64,000 bases of DNA from Neoconidiobolus thromboides FSU 785 (lineage: Eukaryota; Fungi; Entomophthoromycota), in assembly GCA_025603075.1 (NCBI GenBank), contig MU626263.1, positions 1 through 64,000 of the forward strand, read 5' to 3'. Shown piece after piece: positions 52,555 through 64,000 of the stretch. The position numbers and the translations under genes were made by a program. The notes beneath the pieces were generated by a model. That model ran no database searches. It worked only from the letters and a program-made list of their open reading frames with translations, and was not told the DNA's origin. Each line of letters begins with the position of its first letter. Within the stretch, counting starts at the first letter, position 1.

Positions 52555-55449
52555 ATATGATTCCTAAGGATCTCTTGTTCAATGATTACACTTTCGTTGT
52601 AAAATTGATAGGATGTGCGAAATTGTCCGTAGGGATGATAGACCTAAAGAATATCCTAGTTTTACTATTGACAAGGTGTATATATCAATGTAGTAAACTA
52701 GTTTTTCATGTTTTGTGTTTAATAATTTTATAATTGATGAGTTTGATCAAAGTATGCCTATTAAGCAATTCAAATAAAGTTATGTTATTAAATGTGTTAT
52801 TTACCATTAGTAATGAATTCAAACATATCAGTATATTAAAGTTTTAGTTCTATTTTTTTCATAAATTCTATTGCTTTAAACGTGATATCATTTCGTTATT
52901 AATAAAAAAACTTGAAAAATATTTTGAATAGAAGATAATATGATAGCATAATACCACAGGCTTTAATAACTACAAAAAATATAATAAATATAAAATCTCA
53001 TATATTAGCTTAAACTTTAGCTAATTCATCATTTACATAAAACCACTTATCAGACTACATTTAAGACTTTTAATGTGATACTATCCTCATTGTCCAGGCA
53101 TACATCAGAATACGCTTATTCTAAATTAAATAACAAAAATAGATGACTTGAAAAAGATTAAGTAATTAATAGGTGAATGAATAAATTATGCGATTATAAT
53201 TTAGTTAATAGAATTTGATTGACAGCAGCAATAACTGTACTGATTGATTTTACGATTAGTCTATAAGCAAATTTTGAGTTTATGACCCTAATTATGTAAG
53301 TTCTTATATTAAATAGTTCTTTTAAAACATTGATAAACAATCCACAAATGGAATAACATGTCAGGTTGGTTGGTATAGTGATAGAGCTTGGTTAAACTTT
53401 GTAAAAAATTAAACTTATTATAGAAAACAATATATTATAAGCATAAAACTATATTAGTCTGATGACGAAATTCAAGTGTATAGAAATTTTGCATAATAGG
53501 TCTAATATAGAAGATATAAACGCTTTGCATTACTATACTTACCATATACACTGGGATATCAAATTCTATTTAAAAAAGGAAATCATCAGATTTATTTAAA
53601 TTTGAACTAGGTACCTCATTTGATTCAATAAACGTTTTGGATTAACTTATAATTTATCATATGGCTCTTAGAAAGAAAGGCAATTAAATTTACCTTAATA
53701 TTGGGCTCCAATACTTTTATAAAACCCCTTATTTGGGTCATAGTAAAACTTAATTTCATCTATTGAATTGCACTTGAAGGAAGGAGGAATTGTCAAGGAT
53801 TTTATGAAAGGAGTTTTATCAATATAAACAATTGAGATAGGATATTTAATGGTCGCGATTCGCTAGATAAATTTGATATTATTTTTTGACCTTTAATTTA
53901 TTATGTTTTTCTATCTTAATACAAGTAATGGTTTAAACTAAAGCGTTTTAATCTAAAAGAGTATTTTTTCTCAAAATTAGATACTGATCTTATACAAGTT
54001 TCATTGCAGTTGTGGAAGGCATTGTGGGAAGTAACATTCAAGATAGATAGACATAGGCAACAATCAACATTATAATGAAAATAGATATATACTGAGCAAT
54101 GACCAATACTCAGAACTAGATAGGGTGTTACTCTAAAAAATGTGTCATTTATTTGATAATCAGACATAATAGATAAGTAAATACCACATTAAGCTCATCT
54201 TTTGTCTTTTTGAAGTTTCTAACCTTTTACCGAATACTGCCTTTATTGAAGAAACACATAAACATATAAAGTGGTGAATGCGTTCCAAAATACTTCTATT
54301 TTTTGTTACATATTTGGTTTTGTTAAGTGAGTAACTCTATTAGTCTACTATGTATATAATTACTTAGAAGTATTTGAATTTAGATTCTCAATGAAGTAGC
54401 TCGTTGAGAAACACAAACTTGGATAGAAGGTAATAATTCACTATGAGAGTAACTAATAATTTATTATTATGTACAAAACAATTTAGAATTAGCTTTTATA
54501 CGCTATATAAAGCCACAATAATGTCAACTGTACAAATTATATATATAATAATAAGGAAATCATTAAGAAATTTTTTCAAGGATCTAATAAAAATAGTTTA
54601 TAGTAAGAATTTTATTGTTTATAGAAGCATTTATGTTATTATGAATCAAACTCAATAAAATAAAGCATAACTTAAACAAATAAATAAAATGGGCTTCCAT
54701 CTATTATATTAAATTCAGCTTCATATTCATTAAGCTGCCTATTATGTACACTATCATTTAGATCATATAAATTACTAAATACATAAATCCGCACAAAAGC
54801 ATTTCTACCTTTGATTTCGACCTCCTCGCATATTAGGGCGAGTAACACTAACAGCCCATTAGTTGTATAGTTGTTTTGAAAACACTTATAAAGTTGGATT
54901 TGCCGCAAGTTTAGTCTTTTTAAATTAGCTCAAATGCGACTGTTAAGCTTTTGTTTCTTGCTTGATTAATCATTCCTCTGGTGTATGAAAACAATTGGAT
55001 TTTTATAAGCTATAGCAATCCAAGTTAAGCCTGTAAAGTAAATAGATGAATTTTGACTAGGTTAACTATATCTCTAATAAAGTTGAGTTTGATAAATGAT
55101 TTCCAATCAAGGTGAAAACCAATATTTATTTGATAAAACTCATCTAAGCCAATATCAAATGACAGATAATAGGATAACTTAGATTAGTTAATTTTCAACA
55201 ACAGAAAACTGAAAAATCTTGGCCTCAACTCTCCTTGAATTTATTCTTGACCATAACGAAAGCAAATTACTATTTTGGTCAGTTAACCAATTAGCATTGC
55301 CTCACTATAAGCCACTTTGAACCCATTATTAAACAGAGGTTAAAATGACATAAATAAAGTTAAGCGAATACTTAATGCGGTTAGGAAAAAAAATGGGTCA
55401 ACTTATCTTAATAACTTTTGGTAATAAGAAAAGACCACCTTTGTAAATA

Positions 55450-56330
55450 ATGGGAGGAATTAGTCCAATATCTAATAGTAAAGTGATTGATATATTGAGT
55501 AAAAGATTAGATGAAAATGAAAATTTATTAAATGAAACGAATTCCTATTCTGCTATTAATGAAACCAATTTACGAGATAATAATATTGAAGAAACTGGAT
55601 TTGCATCTGATTTTGAAAATATAGTTACAACCTTTTGGTCTGATTTTGTAGATTTTATGTTCGCTTCGGACGTGTTTTCACTAGGTGTAGGTAAATCCAC
55701 TTTTTGTTTTTATATGTAAGAGAGATTTTTAAGTTTACTTGAAGGTATAATCATTGGTACCACTTTTACAGATGCCATAAACTCTTTTGTTACTGATATT
55801 TTAACCCCGCCTTTGGGCCTTTTAATTGCTGGTAAAATCATTTAATTGATATAGTTTAAAATTTATCCGCTTTTTTTAGATGCTGCTTTTGAGAATATGT
55901 TTATTGTGTTAAGGAGAGGGATTTCAAATGAACCATATAACTCAGTTAAACAAGCGTTAGAGGATGGAGCTATGTAAGTGATTAAACAGCAATTTTAAAG
56001 TAAATGACTAACTTTTTTAGTACCATCAACTTTGGTTATTTTCTAATGTCATTGCTAAGATTTTTTTTGATAACGTTTATATTATTTTGGTTGATAAAGA
56101 TTTATCAAGTAGTCAAGCGTAGTAACGAAGTACTAAAGAAAAAAAAACTACTTAAAAAACAGAAATTGATTTTGGAGCGATTTATTGATAATACTTCAAA
56201 TAATGATTTGGTTGAGAACCCGATTCAAACTTCGAGATTAACCCAGGACACCAAGAACTGCGAATTCTGTTACCAATCCATTCATCTTCATGCTAAAAAA
56301 TGTCCCTATTGTACTAGTACTTTGATTTAG
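55450..56330 (+). CDS. mscL: Large-conductance mechanosensitive channel (MscL family) with C-terminal CxxC-CxxC, 3 introns
   Basis: FWSDFVDFM...VFSLGVG-IIIGTTFTDAINSFVTDILTPPLG...INFGYFLMSLLRF; tail CEFCYQSIHLHAKKCPYCTS. Confidence 0.85.
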
Positions 56331-56917
56331 TAATTTTATTGTATTAATAGTCTAATCATTTCTATGTTTTTTAAGCTACTGAATAAATATTTATTGTCTT
56401 TTAGATTTTTGATTAGTAGAAAGTACGATAAAAGTATTAAAAATATAATAACTTAATTTATAATTAAATGCTCAAATTTAAAATAAATGATATGTTTATA
56501 TTTGAATATACTAAAATACTGAATACATTTGATAACAAAATATAATAAGTGTGAATGTTTACATATTTTATTATATTAAAAGATAGCTACTGAATTAAAT
56601 AAACTTGCTTGAATTATACTAATGGTTTGTTATACTAAATTTGACTATAGATGATGACAAAATAATCAAATAAATTTAATCAACTACATATACCATTTTT
56701 TATCATCGTCTGATTACATAGTGTTTTTAAAATTGACTAGGTTGCTAAGTAACTTTTTTGATAATGGCTTTTATAAATTTTATAAACTTGATCAAAATAA
56801 TTGAGAATTATAACAATGCCATATTTATAAATTTTGGCTATAGTCATTCTTAGAAATTACCAGCCTTATCAATGTTGAAAAATTTCACACTCAGGCCACT
56901 ACAAGGATGCTTTATAT

Positions 56918-57010
56918 GGGGATGTATTTTTGTGTTTAAGGATTTTACTAATAAATTTTCCGCTTAAATAGCGCTTAAAAAATGGAAAAAATAATGAAAA
57001 AAATGCTCCC
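56918..57010 (+). mobile_element. MITE copy 15
   Basis: GGGGATGT...ATGCTCCC; flanks ATAT/AAAT. Confidence 0.85.
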
Positions 57011-58418
57011 AAATACTTTTTGAATAATCTAGTTTTCTAAAGTTTAAGCTAGCTTAAAATCGAACTTTTAACATGCTAAGATTTATTAATATTATTGGTT
57101 GAATCAAAATTAAACTTTGAAGCAGTTCGATTTTTTTTAGTTTCTTGTTTTTATATAGTTTTATCTGTGTTGACACAAAAGCTAAGTATTTGTTAGTAAA
57201 ATTCTAGTAAAATCTTAACAAATAGTTTTAAATAAAATTTAAATACAACTAATATGTATTTAGATATAATCTCTACTCATTTTGTTTTTTACTTTTTCTA
57301 ATAAAAGATACATTTCTTATATAAATATTGAAAATTATTAAAAAGTTGAACTTTTACTAACAAATCTTACTAGTAAAAACTTGACTTTTTTGTATTAATA
57401 CAGATAAGATTACACAATAAAATACTTTATATAATCTTGTATTTTTTGAGCTAACAGTTTAACTAATTCAATATTGTACTATAGATGGCGTTTTTTATCT
57501 TGTGTTTGTACATATACGCTATATAGATATACTGCCTTAAGATTTTGAATGAAATTTTAAATACTTATTTTTTGTGATGCTACATCGTAAAAATACTTGT
57601 ATCTAAAATTGGTTTCATTCAATTATATAAATACAATCTTTTAAACAAAATAATTAGGAGAAAAAGCGTTATTCAGAAAAGTGTTTGAATTTGTAGAATT
57701 ATTTAGGTTATAGTTTAGTTTAAATATTAATAGCCTAGCTTTCAGTTGGTGACATATCTGGCCTGTTGTGATATTGTTTACGGTTAGACCTTATATTACT
57801 GATGTTTAGGAAGAGGTCTTAAATAAATAAATAGTAGATAGTATTGAAAACCAAATCATTACCAGTATGTTTAGTAAACTAAATTGGTATATATTTTTTA
57901 ATAACATGGAGTAAAAGCAGCTGAATTTTTAATTTTTTAATTGCTTACTAGTAATATATATATAATTATAGCTAAGCCTAAACTAATGTTCATTATATCA
58001 TAAACAACTGGTTTTTTGAATAATTAGATATAAAAACTACTGTTCAATGTTCCAAAGTTCAGCTATATTTACTGTACAGGGGTACTTTTGTTAGTTTTTT
58101 GTACAATTTCAAGCAATTACAGTTGATAACATTTATTAATCAAATTTCTAAATAGAGAAGATATGGTCATTAAATACGTAAACTTACCATCTTTTTGTAT
58201 TAATAAAGACAGTAGATCTAAGGTCTCGAGAAATCATATTAATATTGAAGCATTATTTACAAAAGCTGTATATATATTTGTTAGCTATAATTCAAAGCTA
58301 CAGAGACTATACTTAACAATCTGAGCTTTGCTAGTAGTGTAATATCAAAAATCAAATTATATAAAAATTAAAGCATACTAAACATCTATATTAAATACTC
58401 AACAAATAGATTTATTAA

Positions 58419-59294
58419 TTAATTAGTCAATATACTAGGCTCAATACATTTTGGGGAACCATTTACATAGCTGCAAACTCTTCCTTTCTTACAATCTACT
58501 TCAAATATCATGTTATTAGAACATATTGTCTTTGAGCTTGGACCACCACAAGACTTTTCGCCTTCATTACATATTGTTGTTCCACCTAGTTTCCTGAACT
58601 TAGCAGATTCCTTTAATTCATGCATTCTTTTTAAAGAGCGAAGATCAACTCCATCATCCTCATCTTCTTCTTCATCTTTTTTTTCTTTTTTTTCTTTTTT
58701 GTCTTTATCTTTATCCTCATGTTCTTTGTCTTTTTTATTCTTGCTCTCTTTTTTCTCTTTCTTTTTCTTGCTTCTATCTTTTTTAGACTCTTTCTTTTCC
58801 GAAGATTCTTCTTCTTCTTCTTCAACTTCTCTACTTTTGCCTTTACCTTTGCCTTTGCCTTTGCTTTTACCACCAGTACCTGAACCACGGAGACCAGGAA
58901 GGTTATAATCACCTTTAATTATACCAGAGCAATTACCAGCATCAGCTTGTTCCCAAGAAGCTGCATAAAGGCCAGTAACATCATCGAATAGTTTTTCAAA
59001 TGATTTGACATTGACATCCAAACCATGACCACCTTTATCAACGGCCATAACATAAGCTACTCTACCAGATTCAGAGGTGATTTTTATACAGGCTCCACAT
59101 TCACTTCGTTCAAGGTCTTCAACAGCTGTGACACGTGATAAGTCCATATCATCGTTGCTAATTTCACAGAAAACTTCAGGGTCCTCAAACTCATGCATAG
59201 AGATTTTAGTTGATCCAGAAAGGGAAGCTAACGTGCTTCCAGCTAAAAGAGATAATAAAGTAACAATTGGGATAAAGGATTTCATTTCAAGCAC
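58419..59294 (-). CDS. Secreted expansin/loosenin-like DPBB protein with K/E-rich linker and Cys-rich (CBM19-like) tail
   Basis: Signal peptide; CGACIKIT...VMAVDKGGHGLDV...FEKL; C-terminal CNEGEKSC...IC...DC...VC. Confidence 0.7.
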   Translation of the reverse strand: MLEMKSFIPIVTLLSLLAGSTLASLSGSTKISMHEFEDPEVFCEISNDDMDLSRVTAVEDLERSECGACIKITSESGRVAYVMAVDKGGHGLDVNVKSFEKLFDDVTGLYAASWEQADAGNCSGIIKGDYNLPGLRGSGTGGKSKGKGKGKGKSREVEEEEEESSEKKESKKDRSKKKKEKKESKNKKDKEHEDKDKDKKEKKEKKDEEEDEDDGVDLRSLKRMHELKESAKFRKLGGTTICNEGEKSCGGPSSKTICSNNMIFEVDCKKGRVCSYVNGSPKCIEPSILTN

Positions 59295-59966
59295 AGCGAG
59301 AAAGTATTTTACACAGTAAAATTAATTAATGAAAGGATTAAGTTTTTTAAATAATACAGTCAGATAATTGAGACTATTTATACCTTTCACAATTGATTTA
59401 TATTGGTTCAACTTCATATAAAAAAATGTATAATTTTTAGTCATATATTTTAATTAATTGTTGACATTTCCTTTTCTTTATTTCTTAGTTTTTTTTATAC
59501 ATGTTCTTATTGTAAAACTGTTTCTTTATATTATAAAAAATTAACAATTACCTTTTACAGCTAAGAATTTCCCTTTTAAACTAAGTAAGCATTTTGTAAT
59601 ATATTAAGATTGATTTGCAGTTTTTCGAATATTCTTAAAAGCTTTATTGTTATAGTGTAGCTAATAATTTTTTATATTACAAGTATTCATTGCTATTTGA
59701 TATTTTATTATTAACAAGTGAATAGTTTTTAATTATATCTAATTAAAAAATTCCTTGATTTTATGTTAGTAGAAATGGGCAAAATAGCAGAATGAATAAT
59801 GGCATTTCTATTTATTTTTAACTTAAATTAAACTTTATATTCAATTTTAGTTTATTTTAGGTTTTTAAGCTTAAGATTGTAGAAAAATTTAATACTCTAC
59901 TATATTTATTAAATGTCATATAAAGTGAATAGATTAATTTATGACAAAAATGCTACTTTTATATAT

Positions 59967-60063
59967 GGGAGTGTTCTTTGACTTCATTACTTTTTCCATT
60001 TTTTAAGCACTATTTAAGTGGAAAATCTGTTAGTAAAATTCTTAAACACAAAAATACATCCCC
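59967..60063 (-). mobile_element. MITE copy 16
   Basis: GGGAGTGT...ACATCCCC; flanks ATAT/ATAC. Confidence 0.88.
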
Positions 60064-60624
60064 ATACAGTTAAAAAGTAAAAAATTATTGAAGCAGTTTA
60101 ATAAGATACAATCCTTACTAAATGAGCTATTTAATTCGAATGAAAGAAAGCAAGTTTATTTTTTGATTTCCTAATCGTCAGAAGTATAGATAATAATAGT
60201 CAAACAGTAACTTAGCTTGTAGAGATATTATATTAACTATTTTAATAGTTCAAATTTAATCCAATGGTTTTTATATATACGAAAATAAGATAATTTTCTT
60301 ATCACTTGATATATAAATGATCAAGTATTTTGTATTGTCAACTACTTTTATATTAATTATCATATAATAATAGTCTTTTATATTTAAATCTTCATAAACT
60401 TCTATAAATTGTGTACATTAAAATCATCTGATTGCCTGATATCAAAGATATAGAGCTAGTTGTTTTTAGATGCATTCGTTTTTGAATTTCATGTCAATTT
60501 TTTATAATGGATTTGTGAATAAAGAAATTGTATATTATTCAAAATTCATTATATAAGAAATTGATACCAAATTAAGAAAAAAATAATATATGAATGCAAT
60601 CAGTTTTAAGCAGCTTAAAGATAT

Positions 60625-60685
60625 GAGGCTTTTTTGCTTCATTATTTATCAACTTTTTGAGCACTATTGAATGAAAAATCTTAAA
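60625..60685 (-). mobile_element. MITE copy 17 (truncated)
   Basis: GAGGCTTTTTTGCTTCATTATT...GCACTATT matches one half of the family. Confidence 0.6.
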
Positions 60686-60894
60686 TAATTAAAGGCATGG
60701 CTGTATGCATTCATTTTAATATCTATTTTATAGTACAGACTACTATATTAATAGTACTTGGTATTTAAAAGTATAAATCATAGAGATGAGGGACTAGTTA
60801 CATTAGTAAATATTTAAATCTAAAAGAAGCCTAATAGATATCCTGTTAATTGTAACACAAAACATATTAATAGTATTTATAGGAATTAATAAAT

Positions 60895-60991
60895 GGGGAT
60901 GTATTTTTTCGTTTAAGAATTTTGCTAATAATCTTTCCACTTAAACAGTGCTTAAAAATGGAAAAAGTAATGAAGACAAAAAAACATCACC
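60895..60991 (+). mobile_element. MITE copy 18
   Basis: GGGGATGT...ACATCACC; AAAT on both flanks. Confidence 0.88.
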
Positions 60992-61122
60992 AAATGTTTA
61001 AAATTTATTCCTATTTTTATAAAGAAAGAGTCTTTAAATTAATAAGTCAAAAGTAATCTAGATTTGAAACTTTATATCAATAAAAATATATTAATAAGAC
61101 ATAAGCGGAATGTGAGATAGTC

Positions 61123-63423
61123 TCATTTTGGTGATAATTTCTCATTAATTTCGAGTATCTCAATCAACCATGATGCTATATATTTTGTCGAACTCATAGC
61201 TTCAGGCAAGAATGGTATCATGTTTAAAAAGGCATGTGACATCCCTTCTAATAGTTTTACTTCAACCCCAAATTGCTCATCATTAATTGCTGTACATGTA
61301 TTTGCATCCATATCTTCCTTTTTACTTGATTGAGGTGTACCAGGGTATAGTCTAGCATAAGACCTCACAGAACCTAACAATGACTCTTCAACATTATGCA
61401 GGTCCGTAGTTTTCAATGACTCAGGGTTGTTGTTATTCATTGACTTCGCATTGGTAAGATCTAAAGGTTCTTCGTCAGAGCTAGTGGTTGATTCATAATC
61501 GTCATCGTCATCATCACCACTTCCTATCACAAAACTACCAGCTCTTAGATGGTTTGAAGATTTAGTAGCTTTACTACTTTCTTGAGTTGGGGTCAAAGGA
61601 GTCATCGAAAGCTGAGGCATCTGCCCATTAAATTTATTACCATTTGTAAAAACTTGATTTGCGCTATTATTACGCCTTTGAGCCCTCATTTTGGCTTGGC
61701 GGATTCTTCCAGCAAAAAGAATAGTATCATCAACCATTGGATCTTTTTCACCACATATCAAATATGTTTTAGGAAATTGAGCCAAAAGATGCTCGGGTCC
61801 AACTAATGGTGAGAGATAATAATCTCTTGTGAAATCTGGGCGGTTATGTGGTCCAATATAGAGAATTGCCATAGAACGCATTAAATCTGGGGTAAGAACA
61901 CGATCATTAAAAAACGTCATTCTACTAGTCATTGTTAATGGATAATGTTTGCTACGTGCTGTGATGCTACCACGATTTTGATCAAACTTGACAGTTTGGG
62001 CTTTATTTAGCCCTGAGGTTTCTACTTGCGGGGCTTGGATATTTTCCTTTTTTAAGAGCTCATTTAACTTTGAAGCATATGATTGGCGGCGGATTTGCTC
62101 CTCAATACTAGGGTAATGCTTATTCCTCCAACTACTCTCTGTATCACGTATGGTTGAAAGTGGGCTTTTATGCTTATAATGGTTTTTGGCCTCCAAAAGA
62201 GATGTTAACGATTTGACTGATTGTGATCTAAAGATATTGACTTGAGCAGAGTTCATCCAACAGCTTATATTAAAATCTAAGCAAGGGTAAATTAAAACTA
62301 ATCCTTGAGGGCGGGCTAAAGGCTTTTCCCATTCTAATATTTTATACATTAAAGCAGTTGCAATACTCCCACCTGCAGAGTCACCTACAATGGCTACTGG
62401 TATTTCAGTATGATGCTTTTCATTGTTACTGTTAATTGTTGATTCTTTGAGTCCTTTTAATCCTAAGCATTCGCCTTTAGACTCTACAATAGTTCTGTAT
62501 GCATCAAAACATTCTTCAATTGCATAAGGGTAAGGAAATTCTGGGGCTTTCTTATAATCGATTGATATAATTGGGACTTTAGTTTCTTTACACCAATATG
62601 CCAAATAACTTTCATGGCATTCAGGGGGCATAGTTACAAAGCCTCCCCCAGGAATATCTAAAATTATTGATTTACTATTATAAAGCTCCTTCTCGTTACC
62701 TGAGAAATAGATATAAGCTGTGATTGGTTCATCATCAAAAGCATCCTTCCTTGGGCGTGGAATTAATATCTTCTTTTTGACGCCAAACCATGGGCGCAAT
62801 AAAGAACTAAGATAATATAAAAAGGGGTTTAATTGTTTTTGCCAGGAGACTCTCATAGCTTCAACGGTAATCATTGAACGAAAATTACGTACTTTAATAT
62901 CGGCTTCACGTGGAAAAAATAAATAAAAAAATGTAAAAACTAGTGATAAAAAGTCTCTTAAAATTTTAGGGCGTATTGGCATTGCAGTCCAAAATCCTGC
63001 GTCTAAAGCTGTCAATATCCAAGATGCGCGATAAAAATTTTTATTATACTAAATGTTAATTTAATAAATTATATACATATATATATTACCAGTTGATTTA
63101 AAGGCTCTGGCCCTTCTAATCCAAACAAAAGAAACGTGTTTTTAAAAGAATAAACAAACATTAAAGTCATTATTATAATTTGCAATGGTGAGTATTTTCC
63201 TAATTTCTTGTTCCATTTAACTATGAATGGGTTTATAAAATTGTATCGGTGCGATATTTTGCATAAATGGTATCTAAGTTTAATGGGTATAAGAATGTAT
63301 TTTTTAAACTCATGGTGAAGTTGCTTTTTATAATAAAAATGAAGCTTACCCTCCTACTAATAACAAAAGGGCTTGTAGTCTTCGCCAATTAGCCGAAGGC
63401 TTCCCAATAAGGTGATCAAGCAT
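61123..63423 (-). CDS. Hormone-sensitive-lipase-like alpha/beta hydrolase (2 introns at 5' end)
   Basis: MLDHLIGKPSANWRR start, PGGGF, GDSAGG nucleophile, CGEKDPMVDD, SHAF. Confidence 0.92.
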
Positions 63424-64000
63424 CTTGTAATAATTTAGTTATTAAATAAAAAATTGGAAAGTTTTGTCAAATATAAAAGCTATTGATTTTAAGTCTAAGG
63501 AAGTACAAAAAAATAAAAAATTCAAATTTATAACGCTCATGTTTTCTTTTGAAAATATAACAAATCTTTAATTATAGATTTTCATGTGAAGTTTTGTCAC
63601 TCATTCATAATTTGTGACTGAAATTTTGCATTAATTTTCCTAAATTTAGCCACTTTAAAAACTCAGATTTCTTAATTTATGTCAGTATAAAATGTTTGCA
63701 AAAAATAAAATCAGAGTACACTCAGCTTATACAACTAGCTGATAAAAGATTACTAAATGTTGCTGAAAAACATATTATTGAAATAGTAGGCTTTAAAGTG
63801 AAGACTTATACATACAATTATTTTTTTCAAGAAGCCGCTTTGGAATGTTTTATTTATAGTATATAAAAGCGTTTAACTATAATATCATAGCTCCATAAAT
63901 TTTATTTAACACGTAAAAATAGTAGGGAATATTTGACAAGTTCAATTTCTAGTTTAAAATAGTTATTTGATTTTTATACTATTGATGATTTGATATTCTT

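Noticed and set aside
54672-54908. Possible Gypsy aspartic-protease-like relic
   Set aside because: Only a vague resemblance; no DSG/DTG catalytic motif and no adjacent RT or integrase motifs seen.
58510-58912. Antisense and alternate-frame ORFs in low-complexity DNA (also 28428, 10602, 24472, 59077, 61582)
   Set aside because: Shadows of the real CDS on the other strand or frame.
172-60991. 100-bp repeats as a CRISPR-like or regularly spaced array
   Set aside because: Spacing is irregular, both orientations occur, and copies have TIRs and individual TSDs; no cas-like genes are present.

Overview
This is a very AT-rich, intron-rich eukaryotic window from a fungal-type genome. An early-diverging lineage such as Zoopagomycota/Conidiobolus-like is inferred from composition and gene set only. 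It holds about 22 intact genes: PHB1, two CMR1/WDR76 copies, a divergent UBA1-like E1, an NME6-like NDK, TypA/BipA, a Kelch-TM protein, an HVA1/Tudor-like protein, a GPI-anchored protein, a 7TM receptor, FAN1, an orphan ORF, ARC1, HBS1, FRA10AC1, DCN1, a DUF4604-like protein, PUB1, SNF4, an extended RPB8-like protein, MscL, an expansin-like protein and an HSL-like lipase. Pseudogenes of CMR1 and MscL are also present. The main finds are: (1) a textbook U12-type AT-AC intron in HBS1, implying a minor spliceosome; (2) 18 copies of one ~100-bp MITE family with GGGG..CCCC ends and 4-bp AT-rich TSDs, one inside a CMR1 pseudogene and one split by a 463-bp solo LTR; (3) a CMR1 tandem array with near-identical mosaic tracts; (4) divergent paralog-like RPB8 and UBA1 genes; (5) an intron-containing MscL with a zinc-ribbon tail plus a decayed inverted copy 34 kb away. 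Exon boundaries and protein assignments were read by eye, with no database searches. MITE strand '+' means the orientation starting GGGGATGTATTTTTG.
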